Assembly: GCF_006345805.1 (NCBI RefSeq)
Contig: NC_043013.1
Coordinates: 19,468,001-19,532,000 of the forward strand
Direction: 5' to 3'
DNA from: Octopus sinensis
Taxonomy: Eukaryota
DNA: 64,000 nt
Both the position numbers and the translations under genes were made by a program. Positions 1-14,925 of this stretch are shown here, one piece after another. Each line of letters begins with the position of its first letter. The stretch's first letter is position 1. A model generated the notes under the pieces. The model did no database searches. It saw nothing but the letters and a program-made list of their open reading frames with translations, and was not told where the DNA came from.

Positions 1-91
1 CGCATACACACACAGGGAAAGGAATTTTTAGCATTGTCACTGATTGCTTCAGGTTCACTATGACCAGGTTCTCTGAATACAAGCACACATG

Positions 92-130
<39 letters not shown>

Positions 131-544
131 ATATATATATGGTATATATATATGTTTATATATATATATATATATATATATCTGTATATACACATATAAA
201 CATAACTATGAGTGTGTTCATGTGAATGTATGTGTGTGTGTGTGTGTTAAGATGTACGAGATCTCATTAAGGTGTTTCTATGAATTTCCATTGTGTCTAT
301 AAATATAGGGCTATTTGGAATTTAAAATTGCTGTTCCAAGAACCCTTATAACGCGCGCGCACACACACACACAGAAACACACAGATGTAGACACACTCAT
401 ATACACATACTCATACGCACACACATTTAGATACACTGGGACATAATCAAGTTGATACTGAATAGCTACTCCGATAGTGATTTGCACCATAATTTAAGCC
501 ATTATAGACAAGTTTTCACTTACCGACACTTACAAAATCACATC

Positions 545-1043
545 AAATATTGGTGGTTCTAAGGACGGGTGGAATTTGGTTTCCCTCACCTCTATCCCCT
601 ATAAATGTTGCAATAAGGTGCGTTCTGCAACTACTTGCGTCCTCACCTGTGGGATCTCCTGTTGTTATTATTGTACCACTTGTAGATGCCTTTTTTTCCT
701 TCTGAATTTCTTCTGGGTAAAAGACCTTCAAGCGACCTGTATTTTACCTCGCTGAAAGCAATTAACCTTCTATTCTGCCTAACCAAACTGATTGACATTC
801 TTTCCCGCTCCCTCAGCCGATAACATCGTAGGTGTCAGCGGTCAATACGACTTGGAGTATTTGTAGATCCCGGTTGTGTAAATATTGTTGTAGGGACCAG
901 CTGTCCCTACCGAGCTGTAGATGTAAGGACAAGTCAAGCAGCAATAATCTGACTGTACGCATTTCAACTCCTTCCATTTCGGAAGAAAGACAGCAAAATA
1001 TTTTGTCCGATACTGCAATGATTCTGCCAGCCAGCGCAACATG
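545..1043 (-). mobile_element. Possible degenerate L1/Tx1 APE-endonuclease fragment
   Basis: The stop-riddled minus frame gives TIFTQPGSTNTPSRIDR ... FSEVKY ... GKKGIYKWYNN. Its spacing resembles the APE SRID / SDH / GxWKLN motifs. The match is weak. Confidence 0.3.
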
Positions 1044-1349
1044 CTTAAAAAAGAAAAGAAAAAGAACTATAGAGTTCAAACAGTTATAACAAACGCAGAT
1101 GTACAGACATAATAATAATGAAAAATCTAGCGTATATACAACATACACACAGATAAAAGAAAACGTTAGTAAGGAATGGAATCATTACTTATCAATTAAT
1201 AGAATGTTATAGAACTTTGACGATCGGCAGTAATTCTTTAGTCGCCCCTTTAATAAGTCTGTGGTTATAATATTGTCAACTGGGTGCTAAGCGAAGTAAC
1301 AAGGTATGAGAGAAAACATTGAAAATAGGCGACTTTATTTCCAAGACAT

Positions 1350-2460
1350 CACATTAAACTTAATATGAAATTACTATATTTACCATGAATAGAAAAAGTT
1401 TGGGCGACTAGAAAGCTATTATGAAATAGCCACTGTAAGTTTGCAAAAGTATTCTGCAAAAATCGTAGAAAATAAATGCAGAAGCCAACAAAATACGAGT
1501 GGAGCAAGACGATAATTTCTTCCTGGAAAGGAGAAAGACAACTACAAAACTGATAGCAATAACAAACAGATATGAAAAACGAAAGGTGGAACAAAAATAC
1601 AAAGTGAGAAGTAGTTAAATTGTAAAATAAATTTGGGACTGCAAACTGCCATAATAAGACGATGGTAAGGAAAGACCCAACATGTCCAGTATGTGGATAC
1701 TTGGAAAAATGTAGAATTAGATAAGGACAAGTCATGACAGTGGCTGCAAAGTATTGAGCTGAAAAGTTCTTGACTGCGACACAGGTCCAAAGGTTTTTCC
1801 CCAGGAACCATCAAATAGCTATAATAATGTATAATACGATAACTGCTGAAGTTGTGGAAATTGAGAAGAAACAATTAATCACATTGTCTTTGAGTGGCTA
1901 ATCGTAATTAACAAATAATATATCCACAGATATTTAAGAGTTGAGAATTACACTTGATATTGTGCGAGTTTTATGAAATACTAATAGAAAATAGATGGTA
2001 TAGGCATACGTGTCACTAGTATTTGAATATAAGAAACCGACCACATTTTAAGATATACCACTACAAGGATACAAGAAAGATCAAGATTAATCGAGCAGAT
2101 ATTGTTGTCTAGGACTACCATAAAAGTAAATACCTCCTAATGTGCTGGACGTAATTCTTCCAAAAGATAATAGCATATGCCTAAGAAAATGGAGGACTGT
2201 TTCGACAGAAGCAAGTGAAATAATAAAAGAGAAAATATAAAGATCTAGAAATAGATATAACTCCGATGTCGGGCCGAAAACAAAATACATTTGCTTCAAT
2301 GATAGATGCCTTGGAGATGGTAAAAGAAGCCGACCTCCCTCGAAAAATTTTGCAGATACATATATGTATAACCACGATCCAAGAATTTATAAACTAGCGT
2401 AGCATACAGAAAAAAAAAGCATTTCAAAAGATTATTGAGAATATTTTCGATACAGTAAAG
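1350..2460 (+). mobile_element. Decayed R4/Dong-like (RLE-type) non-LTR retrotransposon, 3' part
   Basis: Frameshifted motifs appear in the expected order: GKTQHVQY (~KPLHGQY), DKDKS*QWLQS, INHIVFE (~ETIxHIxSGC) and KYKDLEIDI...DALEMVKE (~KYKDLEIEI..GALGMIK). A (TAA)n array follows at 2660-3050. Confidence 0.7.
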
Positions 2461-2659
2461 ATAACGAAACCGAAAATAAAACTTTGCGCATGCCCAAGGC
2501 AAACATAACTATCTTCGACAGTGCAGTGAAAACACGCAATAAAACTACGACTGATTTGTAAGAATAATAATATTAATAATGGTATTGATGATGATGATAA
2601 TTATAACTCTCACGTTGGTATTATATACTTCCTTTTCTCAAATATTTTCTATAACACAA

Positions 2660-3050
<391 letters not shown>

Positions 3051-3922
3051 GACAAGATATTTCTAAGGCTAAATCATATTGCCATTGAGAAGAATAGCCT
3101 TTGTGTGTCCAGTGAATGTGCAAGCCACAATATTGTCCGGCTGCATTAGTTGTCATTATTTCTCTAATATAGTGAAGAAAAAAAATACACAAAAACCAGC
3201 GACTTCAACGACAAAAACATCAGCCCCAACAATACTAAGAACTACAACAACATTAGTAACACTATCGCCATCTCTATCAGCCTGAGCAGTAACAAAGACA
3301 ATATTACAACGAAAATACAATATATTGTATTGTTATCACTCTAGTGTGTGAAATTGAACTCAGTATTAGAGAGGTGTAGTGCAAGGTTTTATGTTTGTAC
3401 CAATTCATTGCGAAGTTGTTAAAATACAAGTCACAACAATACAACAATAGACTAACGTTTTGTTATAGAAATCTAAATAGTTCTCATTTTCTTTTTTTTT
3501 TTGTTTGCTGACACTGATTATTGTCATGGGTTGGTAGTCAAAACCACCTTACAATACGTGAGAAAAACAGTGGAGCTTAGTTTCTCCTAAACATACATAC
3601 ATACATACATACATACATACATACATACATACATACATACATGCATACATACGCCCGTACACACACATACACATACATACACACACACTCACAAATACAC
3701 ACAGAGAAATATATATATGCATATAAATATCTATATTCACAAGGGTACAGGGATGGATATCTGGTAAGAAGCTTCCTTTCCAACCACAAGATTCCGGGTT
3801 CTTCTTCAAATTCAGGCCTACAAAAGCCTTGTGAGGGAATTTCGTTGACGCAAAACGGAAACTGAGAGAAGCCCGTCACACACACACACACACACATATA
3901 ATATATATATATATATATATAT

Positions 3923-4520
3923 CTGCTGAACATAGATTACTAGATATTGACCAACGCGTAAACCTATTGGCGCTTGACGTCGATAAACTGGCCGTTGGCG
4001 CTCAAATATCCAAACAAAATACAACGACCTTCTCTTCATCCATTTCGTCATAGAGTGGGTAAATAAGGATCCTTGCATAGACGGGGAGCTGATGAATATC
4101 GCCCAACCAAAAGCTTTCGATAGGGTCGACCACCAATACTTGAAGGCTGTCCACGCGGTGATCGGTTTCGGTCCCGCTTGCAGAGACTAGATCGTTTCAA
4201 TGTGCAGAGACATCTGTTCAATAGTCAACGTAAACGGCCACCTATCGGAATCGCTTTAGCATCACTTGTTAAGTCCGTCAAGGATGGCCACACCCACCCC
4301 TTATTTACGTGCTCGGCCTCAAGCCATTGCTACTGAAGCTGGGTTTTTCGGGGGGAGGTCATCCGTCGTTAACTACGACGCAGAGGGTTCGTGTCGGTTT
4401 ATGCTGACGCCCTCACCGTAACAGTGTCGGGCATCTCAGAAATTGAGGTGCTAGTCACTACCCTAAGGAAGTACGAAACGGTGACAGGGGCAAAAATTAA
4501 CCAGAAAATGTTGGTTTTGC
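3923..4520 (+). mobile_element. L1/Tx1-clade reverse transcriptase fragment (pseudogenised)
   Basis: Translates to LLNID.., QPKAFDRVDHQYLK, VNVNGHLSES, VRQGWP (QGCP motif), VYADALTV (YADD mutated) and YETVTGAKINQK, with stops and frameshifts. Confidence 0.9.
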
Positions 4521-5437
4521 AGCAAATGCCAGACTTATAAAAATGTAAGTACTCGGATCATTCGACTAAAATTTCAAGGCCATAACCCAGCATGGCCGTA
4601 GTCTAATGACTGAAACTAGTACAAAATTAAAGGTAAAAGATTATTTAACATAGTCCTAGATGTATAATTACACCTGAAAAAAAAAACTAAAAGGGAAGGA
4701 AGTTACAATTTTTAAACCTTTGAATAAAAGTCTCCTTGTTGTTTCATCAGGGCTGGCCTCATGCCAAAAAAAAACTGCAGCAGCAGCAACAACAACACCA
4801 ACAACAGAAACAACAACAACAAGAGCAGCAGCAGCAATTTATGTGGAACTATACTTCAATGATGCCGTGAACTATTTAACCGCTTTATTGACAGAACAAT
4901 TTTTCATGAGAACTCGGAGGTTTATTGCCAAATTTCTTCTTTCCAGTTAATATGTTGCCATGGAAGAGAAGTATGTTATATTCTTTATAGAACTGCTTCG
5001 GTTCTAAGGAGCACTGACACCGTTTGCATTCTGTTTCCTAGATTTCTTTTTCCTATCTGTTATTTATTTATTTACTTCATTATTCTAGTGTAGGCATAAA
5101 TAATATTGAGAATGCGTAGAATTTGGACATATATTACTTCCATATTGTTTGCACCACACAAGATTAAGGTATTTTATGACGGGTTGGCAAATGGCTTGTT
5201 TGTCATTAATGGCTATGTACTCTTGAATATATAAATCCCTCTGTTAGCGACTGGAAGTGCCTAAATCTTAACTAAAGTCTACATTTGCATAATTACAAAC
5301 TTATTTTACGACACTGCCATTATTTCAACAATATTTAATGCCATGTATTGCCAGATATGGTAACGCAGCACGGCTACACACAGCTTACAAGATTCACTTT
5401 ATGTTTTAAGTTGAAATATTAACAGGATGTTCAGGAC

Positions 5438-5622
5438 AGCGAGCTGACAGAATCGTTAGCACGCCGGGTGACATGATCAGCGGCATTTCGCCCCCTTACA
5501 CTTTCTGAGTTCAAATTTCACTGGGATCAACTTTGACTTTCATCCTTTTGGGGTCACTAAAATAAGTACTTGGATCGATGCAATTGACTTATCCCCTCAC
5601 TTGAAATTTTTGACCTTGAAAC
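5438..5622 (+). mobile_element. SINE family A (tRNA-like head, GTCGAC..CATCCTTTCGGGGTCGATAAA..AGTACC core), diverged copy
   Basis: Aligns by eye to the copies at 8185, 49487 and 54529. A (TTC)n(TTA)n run follows. Confidence 0.8.
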
Positions 5623-5678
5623 CAGTCTTCTTCTTCTTCTTCTTCTTCTTCTTATTATTATTATTATTATTATTATTA

Positions 5679-5721
<43 letters not shown>

Positions 5722-6029
5722 TGAGTTAGCAGACTTAATCCATCACCCAGTTAAACACAACCATGTAGCACCTCGGGAACCTTTTTTAGATTCCACTCTG
5801 TTGCAAACATTTGAGGCTAGGTCTGAGGATATCTCCTCCTTGCCCTCTCTTCTACTTGTCTCAGAGGTCTTATAAAGGGAGTATGGACACAGCCTTTGCT
5901 TCTGGTTACAATAAGTACAAGTTGAACAATAGGCTGATGTAATCGACTTAACACCTCCCCCGACATTGCTGACGTTGTACCAAACTTTGAAACCAATGTT
6001 CTTCTCTTTTCTACTCTCGGCATAAAGCT

Positions 6030-6378
6030 CGAAATTTGGTTGGAGAGGGCCAGTCGATTAGATCGACTCTAGTACGCAACCGGTACTTAATTTATCGATC
6101 CCGAAAGGATGAAAGACAAAGTCGACCTCGGCGGAATTTGAACTCAGAACGAAAAGACAGACGAAATACCTATTTCTTTACTGCCCACAAGGGGCTACAC
6201 ACAAAGAGGACAAACAAGGACAGACAAACGGATTAAGTCCATTATATCGACCCCAGTGGGATGAAAGGGATGAAAGGCAAAGTCGACCTCGGCAGAATTT
6301 GAACTCAGAACGTAGCGGCAGACGAAATACAGCTAATCATTTCGCCCGGCTTGCTAACGATTCTGTCAGCTCGCCGCC
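6030..6378 (-). mobile_element. SINE family A, tandem dimer
   Basis: Reverse complement of GGCGGCGAGCTGACAGAATCGTTAGC...; the second unit is joined at AAAGAAATAGGTATTTCG. Confidence 0.9.
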
Positions 6379-7084
6379 TGACTTTAAAACCAATATTAAA
6401 GCAATCTCCTTTACAAATTGTCTCTCAAAGAAATAATTCTTCCTGCTCTAGGAAGGAAGCCTGAAATTTTTGTGTGGAATGTACAAGTCAATACGTGCTC
6501 AGTTGATACGTATTTTATCTACCCCAAAAAGACGAATGGTAAAGTCGGCTCAGCAAAATCTAAATCTCTCTTGAATCACTCTCTTCACTCTAATAAAGGG
6601 AAGAATATCTTCGGTGATATAGTCTCCTAGAGTCACGCTTTTCTTAATCCTGGTGCATCAAGAAGAAAGAGAGTAGATCAGAGGGTTTGTGGCATTTAGC
6701 AAGTACAAGAACAGTACATAGTTCAGTTAGGGTTAACATTCTAGTGCAAGAAATAATTATGATGTTCAACATGAATAGTCATACAGTTGGAAAGAAGAAA
6801 TATATTCTAATTGAATAGCTTTGATTCTAGTCGTTTGGAACATATGTGTGTGCGTTTGTGTGTGTTTGTATTTATATGCATATAGTTATATTCTATATTG
6901 TTTATCAAAAATATGGCAAGGAGAAAATACCACAGAGAAGCATAATATATAACATACATAGGGGACATAATGATTAAAATAGATTTGATCTCAAAAGTAA
7001 AGAAAAAGAAAAAAGGAATGGATTGTCACGATTTTATTAGACCGCCCAAGCGAAGCATTATTTAAAAGTATGTTTAATTCATGT

Positions 7085-7115
<31 letters not shown>

Positions 7116-8015
7116 TAAACAGACACACAAACACACAACACACACACATTGTGAGACTTATGAATCCCAATCATATAGTTGAAGTAAAATACCCCAGGAG
7201 AGTGTTCTGCTTCCGAAATACGAATACCACAAGGTCAAACATAAATAAAGTAATACGTTGAATAACTTCAATGAAGTGAAACTATCCAAGGAGATAAAAC
7301 AACTCTGTGTAAGGGTGATTTAAATCTGGAAGCATGAACTATGGGAGATAACACCTTTCAGATCAGTCGATTGAAATATTTTAGGCGATATTGACAATGC
7401 AGATTGAAGCGAATCTTGTCTTTAAAGTCAACTGATGAAAGTAACGCATTTCAACCCAGTATGTGAAAGCCAACTGTAATATATATTGTGAGTAGGCAAA
7501 AGTATGGTTATCTAGTTAAGATTATGTTTGCTTCTTATCTACGTGTTTTTAATTTCGATACCACTGCGTTGTACCTTGAGGAAATGTCTTTTCTATAGCT
7601 TTATGAACAAATTTACGACCAAATTTAATTGCCGTTGAAAACCGGAATAAGTAATGGCAAACAGCCATATTAATGTATGGAGAAAGCTTCATGATATATC
7701 AACAACGCTAGCAGTAATATAAATATAATTTGAGCTGAGGGTACTTAAAGTAAAATTATGTTTAGACCTTGTTAAAATAATAGGAATCAGCAAAAAAAAA
7801 AAAAAATCCTGTGAAAATCATTCCTGCGAGATGCAGATACACAATATACAGCAGCGAGTTTAACACCTGTAAAGATTATATTTATACAATTACTGTAAAA
7901 ATGCTTTATCAACTAACAGATTCAACATTGATCTCTATATACAATGCGACGCATAAACTCTCATCAATTTTATTTTCGAAATAAATAAATATATATAAAA
8001 AGTAGATAAATAAAT

Positions 8016-8170
8016 AGGCGCAGGTATGGTTGTCTGTGTAACAAGATTGCTTCCCAGTCACATGGGTTTGAGTTCAGTCCCACTCAGCGGCACTTTGGGC
8101 AAGTGTCTTCTACTATAGGCCCGGGTCGATCAAAGCCTTATGAATAGATGTGGTGGACGAATATGTGTAT
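8016..8170 (+). mobile_element. SINE family B (CORE-like tRNA SINE), 5' half
   Basis: GGCGCAGGTATGGTTG...GAGTTCAGTCCCACT...GGCACTTTGGGCAAGTGTCTTCTACTATAG matches the full copy at 30069. Confidence 0.85.
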
Positions 8171-8184
8171 GTACATATATATAA

Positions 8185-8405
8185 GGCGTCGAGCTGGCAG
8201 AAACGTTAGTGCGCCGGGCGAAATGCTTAGCGGTATTTCGACTGCCGTTAAGTTTTGAGTTCAAATTCCGCCGAGGTCGACTTTGCCTTTTATCCGTACG
8301 GGGTCGATAAATAAAGTACCAGTTACGCACTGGGGTCGATGTAATCGACTTAATCTCTTTGTTTGTCCCCTCTATGTTTAGTCCCTTCTGGGCAATAAAG
8401 AAATA
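8185..8405 (+). mobile_element. SINE family A, full-length monomer
   Basis: GGCGTCGAGCTGGCAGAAACGTTAG, box-B-like GAGTTCAAATTCC, the central core and an AATAAAGAAATA tail. Confidence 0.92.
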
Positions 8406-8817
8406 TGTATGTATGTATGTATGCATGCATGTATGTATGTATGTATGTGTATGTGTTATTATTTTGTGGCTGCATCCACCACCACACCTTGATAACCTGT
8501 GTTGATTTGTGTGCTCAACTTTATGGCTCGGTAGAACTGACTGATAGAATAAGTACTAAGCTTTATCAAATAAGTGCTGGGGTCAATTTGTTCGACTAAA
8601 ACCATTCAAGGTGGAGCCTCCGCATGGCTACCATCCAATAATTGAAACAAGTACAAGGTTAAACATGAGTAAAAACAAAATCAAAAATATATTCGCTTGA
8701 TTCATAAAATAATGCTGTTTCTAGCAATTATTTTTACTTTTTAAACACACCTGAAGGGATGTTTTGACTTTTAATTGCTTGGATATTCTCAGTCACTCTA
8801 CGTTTTTCAACACGTAA

Positions 8818-9329
8818 TCTATATATATAAAACTGTAGTTGTGTGAGTGTCTGTCCCCTTCGATTTAGATTCCTAACTACTCCCACATTTTGCGGTGCAG
8901 TTTAACCAAATTCGGGTATCTTATAGTCGTGATTCATATCGAGCCCATCTGCCTATTAGCTTGCGTCTATGATGAGTCTACGATTTTAAAAATAATTTAA
9001 CATAATTTTTTATTCCATTTTAATGCATATTTTTTCGTGTGTCGATGGCGGCGGAGTTGGCGTCCATGGTACACCTGCACCTGTTTGCTTCTCCCCCTTC
9101 TTCCCTCCCTCGTGAAGCTGTGGGGAAGGGAGTGTAAGGAAATCAACGTCGTGAAGCGTTGTCAAGGAGACCAGCGTTCTTTTAGAACAACGACTTCATG
9201 GCTTGAAGACACCAAAACAGAAATGGCTAAGAAAGCCCGAATTGGCATCTATAAGGGAAGTAACTCTCTAAAAATGCTTATATAGTTATTTCCCTTACAA
9301 ACCCGAGCAACGCCGGGCGATACTGCTAG
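8818..9329 (+). mobile_element. Non-autonomous Helitron, both termini intact
   Basis: 5' A|TCTATATATATAAAACTG; 3' hairpin CCCGAGCAACGCCGGG followed by CTAG|T. Inserted between A and T with no TSD. Confidence 0.88.
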
Positions 9330-9653
9330 TATTACATAAAGTGAGACAAAACTGTAATATATGGGTATTATACATACAGAACCGTCACCCGACTTATTTC
9401 TCTCCAGTCCTATTGTAGTCTCTCTCCTTTTGGACACACACATTCTTATACGTACACACACACACACACACACAACACTCACGCGTGTGTCTATGTGTGT
9501 GTATATATATATATATAAAAGATAAAAGATAAAACGAATAAAAAGAAAAAAGTTCGCTTGATCCATATAGTTAATGTTGTTTCTAGTAAGATCTTACATT
9601 TTAAATTCACTTATATGTATATGCATATATATATAGATACATAGACACACACA

Positions 9654-9688
<35 letters not shown>

Positions 9689-9737
9689 CAATATAATATA
9701 TATAATTATATATATATAATATATATATATATATATC

Positions 9738-9807
<70 letters not shown>

Positions 9808-9982
9808 TATATACATACTTATATATATTACAGAGTGGACATGTTCAAAGAAGGTGTGTCAGGGCATTTAGAATAAAGAACTTAAAGGTAAGTCTGAAAG
9901 TGAATAAATATTTAATCTATAATCGACAAAATATATTTTGCCAGGATACTGATTATTGATTAATGCACAACAAACTTACACA

Positions 9983-10026
<44 letters not shown>

Positions 10027-10658
10027 GGCGCGCGCACACACAAACATACACATCTTTGTTGATCCAATAGAACATAGAGGTAGATAGATAGATAGATAAA
10101 TAGGTAGATCGATCGATCGATCGAGCGAGCGATACATATATACGTATAAACATACGCACATTATATATATATATATATGTGAATGTGTGTGTGTGTGTGA
10201 GTGTGTATTTGAGTATGTGTGTATATATATATGCTATACATACATAAGTAACTCCATACACACATACATGTCTCTTGCATGATTAGAAGGAAAAGGGAAT
10301 CGTTACCAATATATGACCGTCTTCCATCAGCAGTTGTTGCTAACACTTTATGGAATGTCGTAATACTCAACACTCCGCCATCTTAAGTTGCCATGGCTAT
10401 ATAAATCTAAACCCTACGCCAGCTATTTAGTTGTCTAACACTGAATCTCTATAAATGCTTAACACACGCACTCACTATACACACACACACACACACACAC
10501 CAGAAAGCACACACAAGAATATATGTAATTTGCCATATTATTTCCTGCAGTTAAACGCAAGAATGGCGGGCAGTTGAAATTTATTCCTTCTAAATCAGTA
10601 GAGTTCGTTCAGGTATACTATGTCTGTGTTGTGTGTGAGTGCGTGTGAGTGTGTGTGA

Positions 10659-10699
<41 letters not shown>

Positions 10700-11049
10700 T
10701 GTGTGTGTCTGTGTGCATGTGTTTTCGTTTCTCAGTCACGCAGATTTGAAACGCATTCAAATGAACTGAATACAAAATTGGCCATCAAAACACATAGCGA
10801 TCGGTATTTAAGCCGTAATGTCTATACATATATACCTGCTTAAATAAATACAGACGTAAATGCCCTTACATATAATATATGTGTGTGCGCGCGCGCGATT
10901 CTGTATAAGTATCTGTATACCTATATCTTTCTATTTACCTATGAATATACGTATAAAAACCTCTCTTACTCTCTTTCACACATACTCTCTCTTTCTCTCT
11001 CTCCCTCCTCACACACGTATATACATATATGTTTTTTGCACGCGTGTGT

Positions 11050-11205
11050 GTTTGCCATAGTATATATATATATTTGTTTATATATACATATATATATATG
11101 CATATGTATATATACATACATACGCACACACACATCTACATATATATATATTTATACATAAATATATGTGTGTATGCATATATATATATTTATATATCTA
11201 TGCAT

Positions 11206-11243
<38 letters not shown>

Positions 11244-11371
11244 GCATACATCCATCCTTATAAGTGTACATATACATACATATATATGTGTATATACATG
11301 GAATACATATATATGTTTATATATGTACATATATACATATGTATAATATATATATATATATAATATTAATG

Positions 11372-11451
<80 letters not shown>

Positions 11452-11503
11452 CATAATACATATATGTATAATATATATATATATATATATATATATCTAT
11501 ATA

Positions 11504-11538
<35 letters not shown>

Positions 11539-11580
11539 ATATATATTATATATATATACTATATATACATATATATAACT
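11050..11580. repeat. Long degenerate (TA)n/(TACA)n microsatellite
   Basis: Directly visible. Similar arrays lie near 9600-9830, 13650-13880, 23660-25100, 28420-28680, 38640-39600, 40990-41360, 43800-44010 and 55640-55820. Confidence 0.98.
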
Positions 11581-12332
11581 TTCCAGAAGTATAATTATAA
11601 TACATGACTTGGTAAAATAGACAATAAAAGAAAATGGAAGAAAGGTGAAGATAGAGTAGGAATATGTGTTCTATAAAAGTTTTCTCTGCTCCCTATTTGA
11701 ATAAACAATTTTCTGCACAATGCACCATTCCACACAGCTGATATACATTTAACTCTCTGAAGCAACCAATTATGCCAACCATTCATTTTGCATACAGAAT
11801 TTCTCTGCTAGTCGCCAAGAACGAAATGACGTCACCGGAAATTGCTAATTCCTGTTTTGTTCAAGAATGTAGGAGAAAATTGCTTCCTTTAAGCAGGAAT
11901 ATTGAGACTGACAATTGTAATTGTCGCGCCAAATCCATTGTATTCTATTAATGACCGACTAAAAGACTTTCCAACATCATACTGGCTGTCTTCTCGACAT
12001 TCTTCTGTTATATAATATATATATATATGAATATATATATATATATGAGTATATATATCTTGAGCAGTGAAAAGTTTAATATATTTTATATAGCTTAATA
12101 TACTTTAAGTATATTCTATTTTCAATCCTGGTGGAAATCGACGGTTTAAAACTATCGTTCATTGTGATCTGTGGACTTTTCCACTACACAAAATAAAATT
12201 CTTACCCTATATAGTTATTACGTTCACCCACACCTTCTCTCTCTTTCTCTCTCTTCTCTCCCTCTCTCTCCCTCGTTAGGATAGTCCTATTTTGTACACA
12301 AAACTTTCCCAACCATCCATCAATATGTATAT

Positions 12333-12840
12333 AGGAGTTGGACAAAATAAAGAAAACACATTAAAATTTCAAAAAATTAATTTTAATATGGCGTAGAAAC
12401 GGCCTTTCGCAGTAATTCTAGCTTGAATTCTACGAGCTATTCGTACAGAGTTTCAATTGTTTCCAAAGGAATTTTTGCCCATTCTTCAGATAAAACAGCG
12501 TCCAGTTCTTATAGTGATGATGATGGAGGATATCGACTCAGTTGTTTTTCTAAAATGCACCATAAATGTTCTATAATATTCAGATCTGGGGACTGTGGTG
12601 GCCAGATAAGATGTTCAACGTCACTAGAATGTTCCTAGTGCTGTTCAGTAACAACTTTAGCTATGTGAATTGGTACATTATCATCCTGAAAGATTGCGTT
12701 TCTCTGTGAAAATAGTTCTGCAACCATAGGATACTATTAATTCTGCCATGAAGGTAAACCATTGGGCCGGCAGATTTCCAAAAATACAGGATAAGTTATC
12801 ACTTTCCATTCTTGGTACACACTGCCAGAAGGGCGGCCAT
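12333..12840 (-). mobile_element. Tc1-like (DD34E) transposase 3' fragment with terminal repeat
   Basis: The minus frame reads FQDDNVPIH...LIWPPQSPDLNIIEHLWCILEKQL...LSEEWAKIPLETIETLYE...STPY*. A TIR-like AGGAGTTGGACAAAATAA sits at the end. Confidence 0.9.
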
Positions 12841-12994
12841 GTTTACTCAGTAACACAAGAAAGAAGGCTGGGGCGAAACCACAAGAATACCACGTTTTAG
12901 CAGGCGAAAGTTGAAAGCAGCGTAGTCACCATAGAGGAAGTTTTGGCGAAAGTGCGTGTAATTTTTGACTGGAACTTGTATAAATACATACATA

Positions 12995-13215
12995 CTATTA
13001 CTCTTTACTCTTTTACTTGTTTCAGTCATTTGACTGCAGCCATGCTGAAGCACCGCCTTTAGTCGAGCAAATCGACCCCGGGACCTATTCTTTGTAAGCC
13101 AAGTACTTATTCTATCGATCTCCTTTGCCGAACGGCTAAGTAACGGGGACTTAAACACACCAGCATCGGTTGTCAAGCAATGCTAGGGGGACAAACACAG
13201 ACACACACACACATA
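12995..13215 (-). mobile_element. SINE family B, 3' half
   Basis: TACTCTTTACTCTTTTACTTGTTTCAGTCATTTGACTGCAGCCATGCTG... is near-identical to the start of the 25369 copy. Confidence 0.92.
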
Positions 13216-13656
13216 GTTAATGAGACGTTTTATAATTATTTCTGATTTATAAACATATGTTCAACACCCACAGAATATGGATCACATACACACGTACACA
13301 AACACACACACACACTCACACACACAAATACACACAAACACACATACACTCTTACTCTCATAAATCTTGTTTATATATACGTATGTTGAATACATACATA
13401 AACATGCCAAGAACATACGCATACTGTTCCTTCAAACGGATTCAGTATATACACACTAATGTTTAATACCGCGCAAACGCTGCAATCAACACCATCCTTG
13501 ATCACTCACGCATACGAATACGACGACTGGGCCTCTACATGGAGTCACGATTTCCTAGAAATAACTGCAACAGTCTTGGCAAATTCCACCTTATGTTTTT
13601 AAAAAGGAGGCACTGTATAATGTGATACTAGATGCACCATCCATCGAGAATGTATA

Positions 13657-13709
<53 letters not shown>

Positions 13710-13836
13710 CATATACATATATAGACACACACATACATATACACACACATATATGTATACATGCATATATATGTATATGTGTGTATGTGTGTGTATATAA
13801 ATATATATATATTATATATATACATATATATATGTA

Positions 13837-13872
<36 letters not shown>

Positions 13873-13920
13873 CTGTGTGTGTGTATGTAATATAATATGT
13901 GGCAATTATTCAGTTGCCAT

Positions 13921-13981
13921 AATAACACTCCGAGTTTCGAATGTCGGGGCGGAAAATTGCTCCGCCATCTCGTCAGTTGTC
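13921..13981 (-). ncRNA. Degenerate hammerhead-ribozyme-like motif
   Basis: The minus strand reads GACAA CUGACGA GAUG..hairpin..CAUUC GAAA CUCGGAGU G UUAUU. The core is intact, but position 17 is G and stem I is mismatched. Confidence 0.35.
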
Positions 13982-14836
13982 GAGGCAATCAAAAAATGCA
14001 TATTATATTACAGATAAATTCTCTATTTACATAATATCGAGGTCTCTTTCATTCTTTTGTTGTCTTACCATTACTATTAATATATATATATATCGAAAGA
14101 AAGATATAGATATAGATTGTGTGCGTGTTTTTATAAGTAAATGATATAAATATATATATCTATACAACAATACTTATATATCTATATATGCATGTATATG
14201 AGTAGTGATGTTTGAACGTATATATATACGTGCATAAACATGTGTTTCTTTATGTATGCGCATAACTGTGTGCGTATCATTTAATTCCCATAGATGTCAG
14301 ATATGAAAATAGCGAAGGTGAAAGGGAAGACATTAGGAATATAACTTGAACACTGCCTCGCGCCCTTAGGTGTCTCTTACATTTCACCGAAAATTAATGG
14401 CTGACGGAAGAAAGCAACAGTGACAATTACACCGTTAATGTCAAAAGTTGGTCGTATAAAAGAAATCCGTTTCCAAATGTTATTCTACTCTCGCTTCACG
14501 CCTGTCTACCACCTACAGTAACATCTACAATCTTAACGATTTCTTTATCGACTTTGATGGATGATATAATGATATAGAAATGTTTCGTACGTGAAATATT
14601 TTAATGAGGTTCCCGTGTGTTGTATCGTTAGGACGGCCGCTATGAAAATTCAGCCCCTGTAGCTTATGTATTTACTCTAGATTCTTCCTTGTAATATTAA
14701 TTATCCCTAGCATTTTATTCCCTAATTTTCCATTTCTTGCACTCAGCGTATCTCGCAGCGGTGTCTGGAAGTGAATCAAAGATTGTGACTATGTGCATAC
14801 ACACATAAACATACACACACACACACACATATGTAC

Positions 14837-14925
<89 letters not shown>

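Noticed and set aside
842-1043. Cys-rich minus ORF behind a T-rich AG, a possible exon
   Set aside because: All frames stop soon, there is no good donor, and the region is better explained as a LINE relic.
10860-11607. Numerous [10 protein letters not shown] and CVCV ORFs here and throughout the window
   Set aside because: Dinucleotide microsatellite translations.
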